From NCBI GenBank assembly GCA_963810175.1, contig CAWEMU010000053.1, positions 85,515 through 149,514 of the forward strand: a DNA stretch of 64,000 nt, in the 5' to 3' direction. The first letter of the stretch is position 1. Each line of letters starts with the position of its first letter. Under the pieces are notes generated by a model. The model did no database searches. It had not been told where the DNA came from and was given only the letters and a program-made list of their open reading frames with translations. The DNA comes from an uncultured beta proteobacterium (GTDB taxonomy: Bacteria > Pseudomonadota > Gammaproteobacteria > Burkholderiales > Rhodocyclaceae). The translations under genes were made by a program, and so were the position numbers. This document shows positions 20,698-31,089 of the stretch, in pieces.

Positions 20698-21478
20698 GGG
20701 CTGTTCACAGAGGTCGATATATGGTCATATCCTGACTTTTGGGTGGCGTCAGGATGATGGTACGTTTGTGGTTGCGTGATGATCAGTTTGAGCGGATAGC
20801 GGCCCTGTTGCCGGGTAAAGCCAGCGACCCGGGGTGCACGGCGGCCGACAATCGACAGTTTGTTGAAGCGGTTTTGTGGATTGCTCGCACGGGTAGTCCG
20901 TGGCGTGACCTGCCACGCCCATTCGGGCCGTGGAATAGTGTCTATCAACGATTTGCTCGCTGGTCGCGGCGTGGTGTCTGGCATCGCATCTTCACCCAGT
21001 TGGCGCAGGACGCAGATTTCGAAGAGGTGTTCATCGACAGCACCATTGTTCGCGCCCATCAACATGCCGCCGGTGCACCAAAAAAAACGGTGGTCAGGCG
21101 CTTGGGCGATCACGGGGCGGACTGAGCACCAAGATTCACGCCCTGGTTGAAGGCTTGGGGTCACTCGCCCGCTTTCGTCTCACCGGTGGAGAAGCCGGTG
21201 ACAGCCCTCAAGCGCTGCCCCTGTTGGGCGATCTGTTGCCCGACTCGCTGAGTGCGGACAAAGCCTACGACACAGACGCGATCATCGAGCATCTTGCTGC
21301 GAATGAGATTCAAGCGGTCATCCCTCCCAAAAGCAATCGTATTGTCCAGCGTAGTTTCGATCAGCACCTTTACAAAAATCGCAACCTGGTAGAACGCTTC
21401 TTCTGCCGAATAAAGCAGTTCAGACGCATCGCCACGCGCTATGACAAACTCGCCGAACGCTTCGCTTCCTTCGTCTAG
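20695..21478 (+). mobile_element. IS5 family element (two-ORF, -1 frameshift type), right end truncated
   Basis: orfA 20754-21125 (WIARTGSPWRDLP..FGPW, IDSTIVRAHQHAAGA); A9 slippery tract near 21080; orfB GLSTKIH, ADKAYD, RNLVERFF..IKQFRRIATRYDK; stops at FASFV with no right IR. Confidence 0.9.
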
Positions 21479-21663
21479 CCGAATTGACCATGCCGTGTCA
21501 TACAAACAATTGTAAAGCAATTGTAACTGGGCGCCCGCCGCAGACGGACCGCCACGGTTTGCGCGCCGTGGCGGGGCGATGCGGGCATGCGGAGTCTGTG
21601 TCGTTCGCGCAACGCTGGCGGCGATCGACGAGCATTGCATGCCCATATTGACCGTCGAGGGCG

Positions 21664-21701
21664 GACAATCCGACAATCGTCATTGCGGGTAATGCAACAA
21701 T
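21664..21701. promoter_or_regulatory. Putative LysR autoregulatory operator
   Basis: GACAATC-N13-TGC-N7-GCAACAAT overlapping the lysR start codon. Confidence 0.65.
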
Positions 21702-22587
21702 GGACAGGCTCGATGCGATGCGCCTCTTCCTCCGGGTGGCCGAGCTCGGCAGTTTTTCCGCCGTGGCGCTGCAGGCCGGCGTCGCGCGCTCGGTGGTGAC
21801 ACGGCAGATCGCGGCGCTCGAGACGCATCTCGGCGTCAAGCTGATGGCGCGCAGCACGCGCCGGCTGGCGCTGACTTCGGCCGGGTCGGCCTACCTGGAG
21901 AAGTGCCGGGTCATCCTGAACCTGGTCGAGGCCGCCGAAGCCGATGTCGCCGAGGAGCGCCTGACACCGCGCGGCAACATCCGCATCAGCCTGCCGCTCA
22001 GCTTCGGCATCCGGCGTCTGGCGCCGCTGCTGCTCGACTTCTCGCGGCGCCATCCGGAAGTCAGCCTGGACATGGACTACAGCGACCGCCGCATCAACCT
22101 GATCGAGGAGGGCATCGATCTGGCGATCCGCATCACGCGGCGACTGGAACCCGGCGATGTGGCGCGCAAGATCGGCACCGGCCGCATGCTGGTCGTCGCT
22201 GCCCCGGAATACCTCGCCCGCCACGGTCGACCGCAACATCCTGCCGAACTCGCGCATCACGAATGCCTTGGCTACACCCATGTCGGCAGTCCCATGCCCT
22301 GGCAATTCCTGGTCAACGGGCAACCCGAGAACTTCACGGTGCGCAGCCGGATCAACGCCAACAATGGCGACGTCCTGACCGAGGCGGCGGCGCAGGGACT
22401 GGGCATCACGCTGCAGCCCGATTTCATTGTCGCCAGCTACCTCGATGCCGGCCGGGTCGAGCAGATTCTCGCCGATTTCGCCATCCCCGAACTCGGCATC
22501 TACGCGATGCTGCCCAGCAACCGCCATGTGCCGCACCGCGTCAGGGTGCTGATGGACGCGCTGGCGGCGGCGCTGGCAGCGCCTTGA
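21700..22587 (+). CDS. LysR family regulator (CrgA-like)
   Basis: HTH GSFSAVA...LE..LGVKL..RSTRRL; NLIEEGIDLAIR. Confidence 0.95.
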   Translation: MDRLDAMRLFLRVAELGSFSAVALQAGVARSVVTRQIAALETHLGVKLMARSTRRLALTSAGSAYLEKCRVILNLVEAAEADVAEERLTPRGNIRISLPLSFGIRRLAPLLLDFSRRHPEVSLDMDYSDRRINLIEEGIDLAIRITRRLEPGDVARKIGTGRMLVVAAPEYLARHGRPQHPAELAHHECLGYTHVGSPMPWQFLVNGQPENFTVRSRINANNGDVLTEAAAQGLGITLQPDFIVASYLDAGRVEQILADFAIPELGIYAMLPSNRHVPHRVRVLMDALAAALAAP

Positions 22588-22667
22588 TGGCGCCGTGTGC
22601 CGGACTTGGCAAGCCGGTTGACTGGCTCGTGCATGCCCTCTATCTTCGACCCAACTGACCCGGACGG

Positions 22668-23957
22668 ATGTTCATGCCCAAAAAGACCAATATGTTGCTG
22701 GTTGGAGGACTCATCGTTCTTCTCCTCGGCGCGGGTGCCGCGGCCTGGGTCTGGTTTCCGTGGGTGTTTTCGCCCCAATACACGATTCGCGTAGCAACCG
22801 GTCCGGCCGGAAGTTTCGGGCAGAAATTCCTTTCCGCTTTCAAGCGCCAGGTGGCGGAGGAACACCCGCGTGTGCAACTGATTCTGGAAGAATCCGGCAA
22901 CCTTCAGGAAAGCGCCGAGAAGTTTCAGAGTGGCAAATACGATCTCGCCCTGGTCAGGAGCGATCACCCGGCCGCGGCCAGTGGCGGAACCCTTGTCATC
23001 TTGCGCCGATTGTCACTGGTCATGATGGTTTCCGCCAATTCGCCGGCGAAATCGATGAAGGACCTGATCGGAAAGAAGATCGCCATTCTCGAAGGCACGC
23101 CGGATGACGATCCCCTGCTGCGGACGGTAATGGATTTCTACAGCGTCAAGCCGGGCGATCTCGGCAAGACCCCGCTGGCGGACATCGCCGCCGCGCTGCG
23201 GCGCAAGCAGGTGGCAGCCGTTGTCGCCATTGGTTCAGCGGGCCCGGGGGCGCTTTCCGAGGCAGTCAGGGCGATCGTCAGGGCGACCGGCAAGCCGCCA
23301 AGATTCATCGATCTGGAAGCAACGGAAATCGCCGTCCAGAACCCCTTGTACGAAGAGATCACGATTCCCACCGGAGCGTTTCTGGCGGTTCCCGCCATCC
23401 CCGATGACGAGGTGAAGACGGTCGCGGTCGCGGTTCGGCTTGTCGCAAAGAATTCCATGCTGAACGATGTCGCCGGGGAAATCACGCGTTTGCTGCTGAC
23501 GACGCGGGCCAAGTTCGCTGCGACACTGCCGCTCGCGGGCCAGATCGAAGCCCCTGACACCGACAAGAAGGGAGTCCTGCACACGCATCCCGGCGCGGCG
23601 GCCTACATTGACGGGACTCAGGAGAGTGTTTTTGAACAGGTCATGAACCAGTTGTTCAACCTGACGATCATCGGCGGGGTACTGGGTTCGTTCGGGCTCT
23701 GGCTGCACACTTTCTGGCGGAAGCATCGTCCTGACGAGATACAGAGGAATCTGGCGCGGCTGCCGGCGATGATGCGCGAGGCGAAGTCGCTGCCTCTCGA
23801 CAGGTTGAGCGAGATCGAGGAAGAACTCGATACGCTGTCGGGATGGCTGCTCGAGCGCTTCCTCTACGAAAAGATCGCGCCGGACCGGATCAATGGCGTT
23901 GCGGTGATCATTTCCCATATTCGCCTGGTCATCGAGCGCAGAAGAAAGGCTGCTTGA
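22668..23957 (+). CDS. TAXI family solute-binding protein with N- and C-terminal TM segments
   Basis: IRVATGPAGS, DLALVRSD, HPGAAAY. Confidence 0.8.
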   Translation: MFMPKKTNMLLVGGLIVLLLGAGAAAWVWFPWVFSPQYTIRVATGPAGSFGQKFLSAFKRQVAEEHPRVQLILEESGNLQESAEKFQSGKYDLALVRSDHPAAASGGTLVILRRLSLVMMVSANSPAKSMKDLIGKKIAILEGTPDDDPLLRTVMDFYSVKPGDLGKTPLADIAAALRRKQVAAVVAIGSAGPGALSEAVRAIVRATGKPPRFIDLEATEIAVQNPLYEEITIPTGAFLAVPAIPDDEVKTVAVAVRLVAKNSMLNDVAGEITRLLLTTRAKFAATLPLAGQIEAPDTDKKGVLHTHPGAAAYIDGTQESVFEQVMNQLFNLTIIGGVLGSFGLWLHTFWRKHRPDEIQRNLARLPAMMREAKSLPLDRLSEIEEELDTLSGWLLERFLYEKIAPDRINGVAVIISHIRLVIERRRKAA

Positions 23958-24087
23958 GAGCAGCCGCCTGCTTCGATCTCGCGGCGGAATGCCGGAAAGT
24001 CAGGTCGCTGGACGCGTTGCACCCGATGCGGCTTGCGAGGTTGCAGCGGTCGCCCGAGGATGAGACCCCGGCGCCGGGTCAGCGGCT

Positions 24088-25889
24088 TCAGGCGTCGCCG
24101 AACTTCCGTTTCTTGAAACTGCGCTCGCCGTCAAAACGCGGGGCGCCTTCGTCGGGACGCAGGTTGATCGGCACGCCTCGGACACGGATGCGCTTCAGCG
24201 CGTTTTCGGCTTCCTTGGGCATGCCGGCCGGCAGTTCGACGGTGCTCGACTCGTCGTAGAGGCCGATGCGGCCGATGAAACGGCTTTCGATGCCGGCTTC
24301 GTTGGCGATGGCGCCGACGATGTCCTTGACCTGGACGCCATGATCGCGGCCGACGTCGATGCGGTAGCGCACCATGTCGCCGGCCGGAGCCGGGCGCGCG
24401 AGGCTTGTCGTCGAAGCGCGGGCGGTCGTCGAAGCGCGGCTTGTCGCCGCGATCCTCGAAACGCGGGCGATCACCACGCTCTTCGAAGCGCGGGGTGCGC
24501 TCGCGGTCGGCGAAACTTGCCGGCCGGCGGCTGTCGACCGCAGCAGGGCGGGCGGGCGGAGCATCCTCCCCGGCGATCTGTAACGGCTTGGCTTCCTGCG
24601 CCATCATCGCCAGCGCGGCGGCGATTTCCTCGGCGCCGACATCCTGTTCCTCGGCAATCTGCGAAACGATGTTGGCGAAGAACTCGAGGCCTTCCGCATT
24701 CAGGACCTCGGCGACGCGTTCCTTGAAGCCGGCGACGCGCTTGTTGGTGACGTCGGCGCGGCTGGGCAGGGTCAGCGGCGCGATCGGCTGGCGGGTGGCG
24801 CGCTCGATGGTGCGCAGCATGCGGATCTCGCGCGGCGCCACGAAGAGGATGGCATTGCCGGTGCGGCCGGCGCGGCCGGTGCGCCCGATGCGGTGCACGT
24901 AGGCCTCGGTGTCGTAGGGGATGTCGTAGTTGACGACGTGGCTGATGCGCGCGACATCGATGCCGCGGGCGGCGACGTCGGTGGCGATGACGATGTCGAG
25001 GGCGCCCGACTTCAACTGCTCGATGACGCGTTCGCGCATCTGCTGGTTGAGGTCGCCGTTCAGCGCGGCGGCGGCATAGCCGCGGGCGGCGAGCTTGTCG
25101 GCGAGTTCGACGGTGGCGGTCTTGGTGCGGACGAAGATGATGGCGGCGTCGAAATCCTCCTCGACCTCGAGGATGCGGGTCAGCGCGTCGAGCTTGTGCA
25201 TGCCGCTGACCTGCCAGTAGACCTGACGGGTGGCGGCGATCGTCGTCGTCGCCGACTTGATCTTGACCTCGCGCGGCTCGACCAGGTACTTCTGGGCGAC
25301 GCGGCGGATCGGGTCCGGCATGGTGGCCGAGAACAGCGCCGTCTGGTGCTTCTCCGGGGTGCGCTCGAGGATCCATTCGACGTCGTCGATGAAGCCCATG
25401 CGCAGCATCTCGTCGGCTTCGTCGAGCACGAGGGTCTTCAGGTTGTCGAGGCTGAGGGTCTTGCGCTCGAGGTGGTCCATGACGCGGCCCGGGGTGCCGA
25501 CGATGACGTGCGCGCCGCGCGCCAGCTGCTTGAGCTGGATGGTGTAGCTCTGGCCGCCGTAGATCGGCAGCACGTGGAAGCCGGGCAGGTGACTGGGCGT
25601 AGTTCTGCAGCGCCTCGGCGACCTGGATCGCCAGTTCGCGCGTCGGCGTCAGGATCAGCGCCTGCGGCTTGGTGATCCTGACATCGATCTGCTCGAGCAG
25701 CGGCAACGCGAAGGCGGCGGTCTTGCCGGTGCCGGTCTGCGCCTGGCCGATCAGGTCGTGGCCGTCGAGGAGGATCGGGATGCACTCGGCCTGGATCGGC
25801 GACGGGGTTTCGTAGCCGATATCGGTAAGCGCCTGGAGAAGCCCGGGGCTCAAGCCGAAATCGGCAAAGCTTTCAGCGGGAGATGACAT
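24088..25889 (-). CDS. deaD: DEAD-box RNA helicase DeaD/CsdA, two frameshifts (near 25590 and 24390)
   Basis: [34 protein letters not shown]; C-terminal DbpA-type domain [11 protein letters not shown]. Confidence 0.92.
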
Positions 25890-26195
25890 GCTGTTTCCTT
25901 TCGACGTCGCGCCTTCTTTTTTTCTGCTGGGCGACGTGTTGGCCCGATGGTCGGGCGGCCTGAGTTCCCCGAGGCAGCCAACCCGGGGGCGAGTCAATGG
26001 TGAACTGGAACCTGCAAAACAAGCGGAAAGCGGTGGCTGCTCTGGAGACCTGCGGGCGCTGCATCAACGCATTGATATTATTAGTTTACTCTATTTTTGG
26101 CCGGCTGGATACGCGGACCGCGAGGCTCGCCACTCCGGCGCGCAGCGGCGCTGTGTCAGGCGAAATTCGCGATGCCGGCGCGTGGCGACCAACCG

Positions 26196-26280
26196 TGTCG
26201 GGTTTCTTTACACCGCCCGCCGGAGCACATTGACCAACTCATTGTTTAATTGGCGGAAATTTTCTGGGTGCGGAATTTGC
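26196..26280 (+). promoter_or_regulatory. Putative enhancer site (TGT-N11-ACA) and sigma54 -24/-12 promoter
   Basis: TGTCGGGTTTCTTTACA at 26196-26212; GG-N10-GC at 26267-26280 upstream of a PEP-CTERM gene. Confidence 0.55.
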
Positions 26281-26413
26281 TTATGTAGTGACGTGTCGGA
26301 ATGATGGTGCGGACGACGCGCCAGACATTCGAGCGGCACGTCCAGCGGAGATTCGGGGCGGCTCCGTGAAGACGAACCGGGATGCCCGTTTCTGGCAATC
26401 AGGGAGGACGGCA

Positions 26414-27468
26414 ATGAACAAGAAACTTTTTGGCGCGCTGGCGCTGGTAGCGGCGATGGGCCTGCCGGCCTCGGCCAATGCCTCGCTGCAGACGCTTTCC
26501 AGCCTGTTCGTATTCGGCGACAGCCTGTCGGACGGCGGCAACAGCGGGTTGGTCAGCCAGGCGGCTACCGGCGGCACCGTTACCTTCCCGCCGCCGCCTT
26601 ACTACAACGGCCAGTACTCGAACGGCCCGGTTGCCGTCGAGTACCTGTGGAACAGCTATAACCCGGGCGATACCAGCTTCAAGCCCTCGCTGGCCGGCGG
26701 CACCAACTACGCGATCGGTGGCGCAACGACCGGTCTGGCCAGCTACAATTCGGTCAATCCGAATGTGCCGCCGGCTTTGCAGCCCGCCTATGACAACCTC
26801 GGGAACAACTGGCAACTGAACACCTTTGCCGCGCAAGCGCCGGTTTTCGACCCGGTATCGTCATTGTTCGTCATCTGGCTGTTTCCCAACGATCTGTTCT
26901 ATTACCAGGAGACCGGGATGACGCCGGGAACGGCAGGGGGCGCGCCGGGCTTCGGGCCCTGCTGGTGTCGACCAACTGATCGGCAACGGGATCCAGAACA
27001 TCGTCGATACGGTGCTTTTCCTGGAATCAAAGGGCGCGCAGCACTTCCTGGTCGCCAACATGGTGGATCTCGCGCAGACGCCGGACGGTCAAGGGGAACC
27101 CGCCCTGACGGCGCTGACCCAGGCCTTCGATTTCAACCTTGCGCAGGCGCTGACCCTTCTCGACGCCCAGCTGACGTCGATCGAGATCGTTCAGTTCGAC
27201 ACCTATCGCTTCCTCAACGATGCCATCGCCAATCCAGGCAAATACGGGTTCACGAACACAACCGAACAGTGCGTCGACAACATATTGAACGGGCGGTGCA
27301 ATCCCTATGACAACACCTGGCTGTTCTGGGACGGCAGTCCATCCCACGACCTATGCCCATAGTCTCCTTGGCGCCGAGTTCAGGGCTTCGGTCCCCGAGC
27401 CGGAGACGATCCTGCTGGTGGCCATCGGCCTGCTGGGCATCTTCGTGACGCGGCGCCGGGCGGCCTGA
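26414..27468 (+). CDS. SGNH/GDSL hydrolase with PEP-CTERM sorting signal, two frameshifts (near 26960 and 27335)
   Basis: FGDSLSDGGN, SNGP, NYAIGGA, LFWDG; terminal VPEPETILLVAIGLLGIFVTRRRAA. Confidence 0.88.
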
Positions 27469-27486
27469 ACCGGGCCCGCTTCATCC

Positions 27487-27509
27487 AACCCCGCTGCGGC
27501 GGGGTTTTT
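27487..27509. terminator. Intrinsic terminator between convergent genes
   Basis: AACCCCGC/GCGGGGTT stem plus T-run. Confidence 0.8.
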
Positions 27510-27525
27510 CAATTCCGGGCTCGGT

Positions 27526-28320
27526 TCAGCCCGGATGGGCGAGCGCTGCCAGTTCGGCGGCGCTGAAGCCGGCGGCGAGGCGGGCGGGTTCGTTGAGCGG
27601 GGCTTGCGGCCAGGGGGCGGCGAATTCCCTGAGCAGCTTGCGGTAGGTGGCTTCCGGTTCGAGGCCGCGTTCCGCACACAGGCGCCGGTACCAGGCGTCG
27701 CCGAGGCCGACATGGCCGATCTCGTCGCGCAGGATGATGTCGAGCAGGCTGGCGGATGCGAGGTCGCCGGCTTCCGCCAGCTTCTGCCGGATCGGCGGCG
27801 TGGCGTCGAGTCCGCGCGCTTCGAGCAGGCGCGGCACCAGCGCCATCCGGGCGAGGACGTCGCCGGTCGTCTTCTCGGCCATGTCCCAGAGGCCGGCGTG
27901 GGCCGCAAAGTCGCCGTAGTCGTGACCGAGTTCGCGCAGGCGCTGGCGCAGGATGGTGAAGTGATGGGCCTCCTCGGCGGCGACGCCGATCCAGTCGGCG
28001 TAGTACTGCCTGGGCATGCCACGGAAGCGGGCGGCATGATCGAGCGCCAGGTTGATCGCCGAGAACTCGATATGGACGATGGCATGCAACAGCCGGGCGC
28101 GGCCTTCCGGGCTTTTCGCGCCGCGTTGCGGCACCTGCCTCGGCGGCACCAGTTCGGGCCGCGGCGGCCGGCCGCAAACCAGGTCGACCGGCGTTGCGTC
28201 ATGCCAGTCCAGCGTGCCCGCCTGCCAGTCGCCGGCGATTGCTGCGGTCAACGCGAGTTTCTGGTCGATTTCCGGCGTCGCCAGCGCCGCGGCCAGGGCG
28301 ACGAACAGCGATGCGCTCAT
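27526..28320 (-). CDS. DUF455 ferritin-like domain protein
   Basis: LLHAIVHIEFSAINLALD, EEAHHF, LEARGLD, DEIGHV. Confidence 0.88.
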   Translation of the reverse strand: MSASLFVALAAALATPEIDQKLALTAAIAGDWQAGTLDWHDATPVDLVCGRPPRPELVPPRQVPQRGAKSPEGRARLLHAIVHIEFSAINLALDHAARFRGMPRQYYADWIGVAAEEAHHFTILRQRLRELGHDYGDFAAHAGLWDMAEKTTGDVLARMALVPRLLEARGLDATPPIRQKLAEAGDLASASLLDIILRDEIGHVGLGDAWYRRLCAERGLEPEATYRKLLREFAAPWPQAPLNEPARLAAGFSAAELAALAHPG

Positions 28321-29366
28321 GGCGCCGGGTTGGTGTAGCGCAGGTGGATGGCGTCGATCTCCGACAGCAGCTCGGCGGACATCGGCGTCCGCGTGGCCGG
28401 CAGCGTCTCCTGCAGTTGCGCCAGCGACGAGGCGCCGATGATGGTGCTGCTGACGAACCAGCGCGAACGCGCGAAACCCAGGGCGAGCTGGGTCAGGGTC
28501 AGGTCGTGCTTCTTCGCCAGGGCGGCGTAGGCGGTGACGGCGGGAATCACGTTGGGCTTGCCGTAGCGCTGGCCGAAGGCCGGCCACTGCGTCAGGCGGC
28601 CGGGCGCCGCCGGGTCGGCGAGGTACTTGCCGGTGAGATGGCCGAAGGCGAGCGCCGAATAGGCGAGCAGGCCGACCTGCTCGCGGTGGCAGACTTCGGC
28701 GAGCGCGGTTTCGAAGGTACGGTTGACCAGGCTGTAGGCGTTCTGCGTGCACAGGATGCGCGGCAGGCCGAGCTCGTCGGACAGACGGACGAACTGCATG
28801 ACGCCCCAGGGGTGTTCGTTGGACAGGCCGATGGCGCGCACCTTGCCTTCCTCGACGAGTTCGGCGAGGGCCTCGAGCTGCGCGCGGATCGGCGTGCACT
28901 CGCGATCCTGCCTGGGATCGAACTGCCACTGGCCGAACATCGGCTGATTGCGTTCCGGCCAGTGCAGCTGGTAGAGATCGATGTAATCGGTCTGCAGGCG
29001 TTGCAGAGAACCGTCGATGGCGGCGCGGATGTTGGCGCGGTCGAGCGCCGGCGGGCCGTTGCGGATCCACGTCAGGTTGCGCGAAGGGCCGGCGACCTTG
29101 GTCGCGACGATGATCCGGTCGCGCTGCTGACGCCTGAGCCAGCTCCCGACGATGCTTTCCGAGACGCCGCAGGTTTCGGCGCGTGGTGGCACGGCGTACA
29201 TCTCGGCGGTGTCGAAAAAGTTGACACCGCTGGCCAGCGCGAAATCGAGCTGGCTGTGGGCGTCGGCTTCGCCGGTCTGCTCGCCGAAGGTCATGGTGCC
29301 GAGGCAGACGTCGGGGACGACGAGAGTGCTGCGCCCGAGCGGGCGGGGGTTGAACCGGGTGGACAT
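28317..29366 (-). CDS. Aldo/keto reductase (Tas-like)
   Basis: CLGTMTFGEQ, DTAEMY, DYIDLYQLHWPER, IGLSNE. Confidence 0.92.
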   Translation of the reverse strand: MSTRFNPRPLGRSTLVVPDVCLGTMTFGEQTGEADAHSQLDFALASGVNFFDTAEMYAVPPRAETCGVSESIVGSWLRRQQRDRIIVATKVAGPSRNLTWIRNGPPALDRANIRAAIDGSLQRLQTDYIDLYQLHWPERNQPMFGQWQFDPRQDRECTPIRAQLEALAELVEEGKVRAIGLSNEHPWGVMQFVRLSDELGLPRILCTQNAYSLVNRTFETALAEVCHREQVGLLAYSALAFGHLTGKYLADPAAPGRLTQWPAFGQRYGKPNVIPAVTAYAALAKKHDLTLTQLALGFARSRWFVSSTIIGASSLAQLQETLPATRTPMSAELLSEIDAIHLRYTNPAP

Positions 29367-29392
29367 GGTTTTCTCCGGAAAGTGGGTGTCGT

Positions 29393-29635
29393 TCAGGGTT
29401 GACCGCAGAGGACGCCGTAAATCAGGACATGGCGCTGCCGGATTTCGTCGAAACCGGCGGGGACGATCGCGAGACGATGGTCTTCCGGCGCGCTGCAATG
29501 GGCTTCGACCCAGCGGCACGCGGCGGCGAAGGCATCGTCGAAGCTGGCAAACAGCCCGTCAAGTTCCGCCGAGCGCACCGGCAGGAAGTGGCCGGAAGCG
29601 CGGTCGAGCAGGGTGTCGGTGTCCAGCATCTGCAC
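29393..29635 (-). CDS. Hypothetical protein
   Basis: 80-aa ORF co-oriented in the gene run, protein-like composition. Confidence 0.55.
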   Translation of the reverse strand: MQMLDTDTLLDRASGHFLPVRSAELDGLFASFDDAFAAACRWVEAHCSAPEDHRLAIVPAGFDEIRQRHVLIYGVLCGQP

Positions 29636-29748
29636 CGCATAGCCGCGCGCCGGGCGCGGCAGGGGCAGGTCGGCGAGGTTGAAGCGGTCGCCGAAGGCGT
29701 CGGCCCTGAAATACGGATCGCTGCATGCGGCGTTTCCCGTGCTGGCGA

Positions 29749-29970
29749 CTAGGCCGGAATGTCCGGGACCAGCATTTGCTCGAGGTGCAGAATCCGGTCC
29801 TTCAGGGCCAGCTTGCGCTTCTTCAGACGGCGGATCAGCAGGTCGTCGGGCGGCGGACTATCGGTCAGGTGGGCGATGACCAGATCGAGATCGCGATGCT
29901 CGACCTGCAATTCCTGCAGTTGATGACGGATATCGGCGATTTCCGTATCGTTAAGCGTGTGGTTGGGCAT
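29749..29970 (-). CDS. DUF465/YdcH family protein
   Basis: EHRDLD...RLKKRKLALKDRI. Confidence 0.9.
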   Translation of the reverse strand: MPNHTLNDTEIADIRHQLQELQVEHRDLDLVIAHLTDSPPPDDLLIRRLKKRKLALKDRILHLEQMLVPDIPA

Positions 29971-30036
29971 GGTGCGTTCCTTGCGACGGGCGATGTTTTG
30001 CTAGAATAACCCAAGGCTTCTCGGGAGGAGGGACAA

Positions 30037-30344
30037 ATGCAACACCATGTCATCGTGTCGTTCGGCAGGAACAAGGAATACGAATTCAGGTTCGCCGGCG
30101 GTGGCCATGCCGACGAGGCGCGCAAGTGGTTCGAACGCGAGTTCAAGGCGCTCGAATGCGACGTTGCCACGCCGACCGGGAAGATCCTTGCCGTCGACCG
30201 CATCCTCAGCGTCGCAAGGTATGCCGGCGAGGCGCGCTTTCGCGACCAGCATGCCTGGTCGGAGCAGTTCGCGAAGAACACTGCTGCCATCCTCGGCCGC
30301 GACCTGATCCGGGTGGACGTCCCCAACTATCTTATCGGGTACTG

Positions 30345-30345
<1 letters not shown>
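30037..30345 (+). CDS. Hypothetical protein
   Basis: Strong GGAGG RBS; stop overlaps the greB start. Confidence 0.7.
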
Positions 30346-30902
<557 letters not shown>

Positions 30903-31089
30903 AGCCGGCGCCGCGGCCGGCTGACCCAGCTCCCTTCCGGGGGTGGCAAGCTTGACCGGCGCAACTGCGGCCGGCGATACTTCCGGTCCTGCCGACGGAA
31001 TCTCCGTCGTTCCCGCCCAACGGCACCCTTCAACCGCCCGTCCGGAGCCATTGCGTCGCCGACCGGGCAGCATAGCGCTGGCAAACATC

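Noticed and set aside
24395-24500. Short tandem repeats resembling an array
   Set aside because: Coding repeats (PRFDD/PRFEE) in the DeaD linker; no spacers
27526-29070. 514-aa ORF extending the DUF455 gene
   Set aside because: The N-terminal part is an off-frame read of the AKR gene; the real start is 28320
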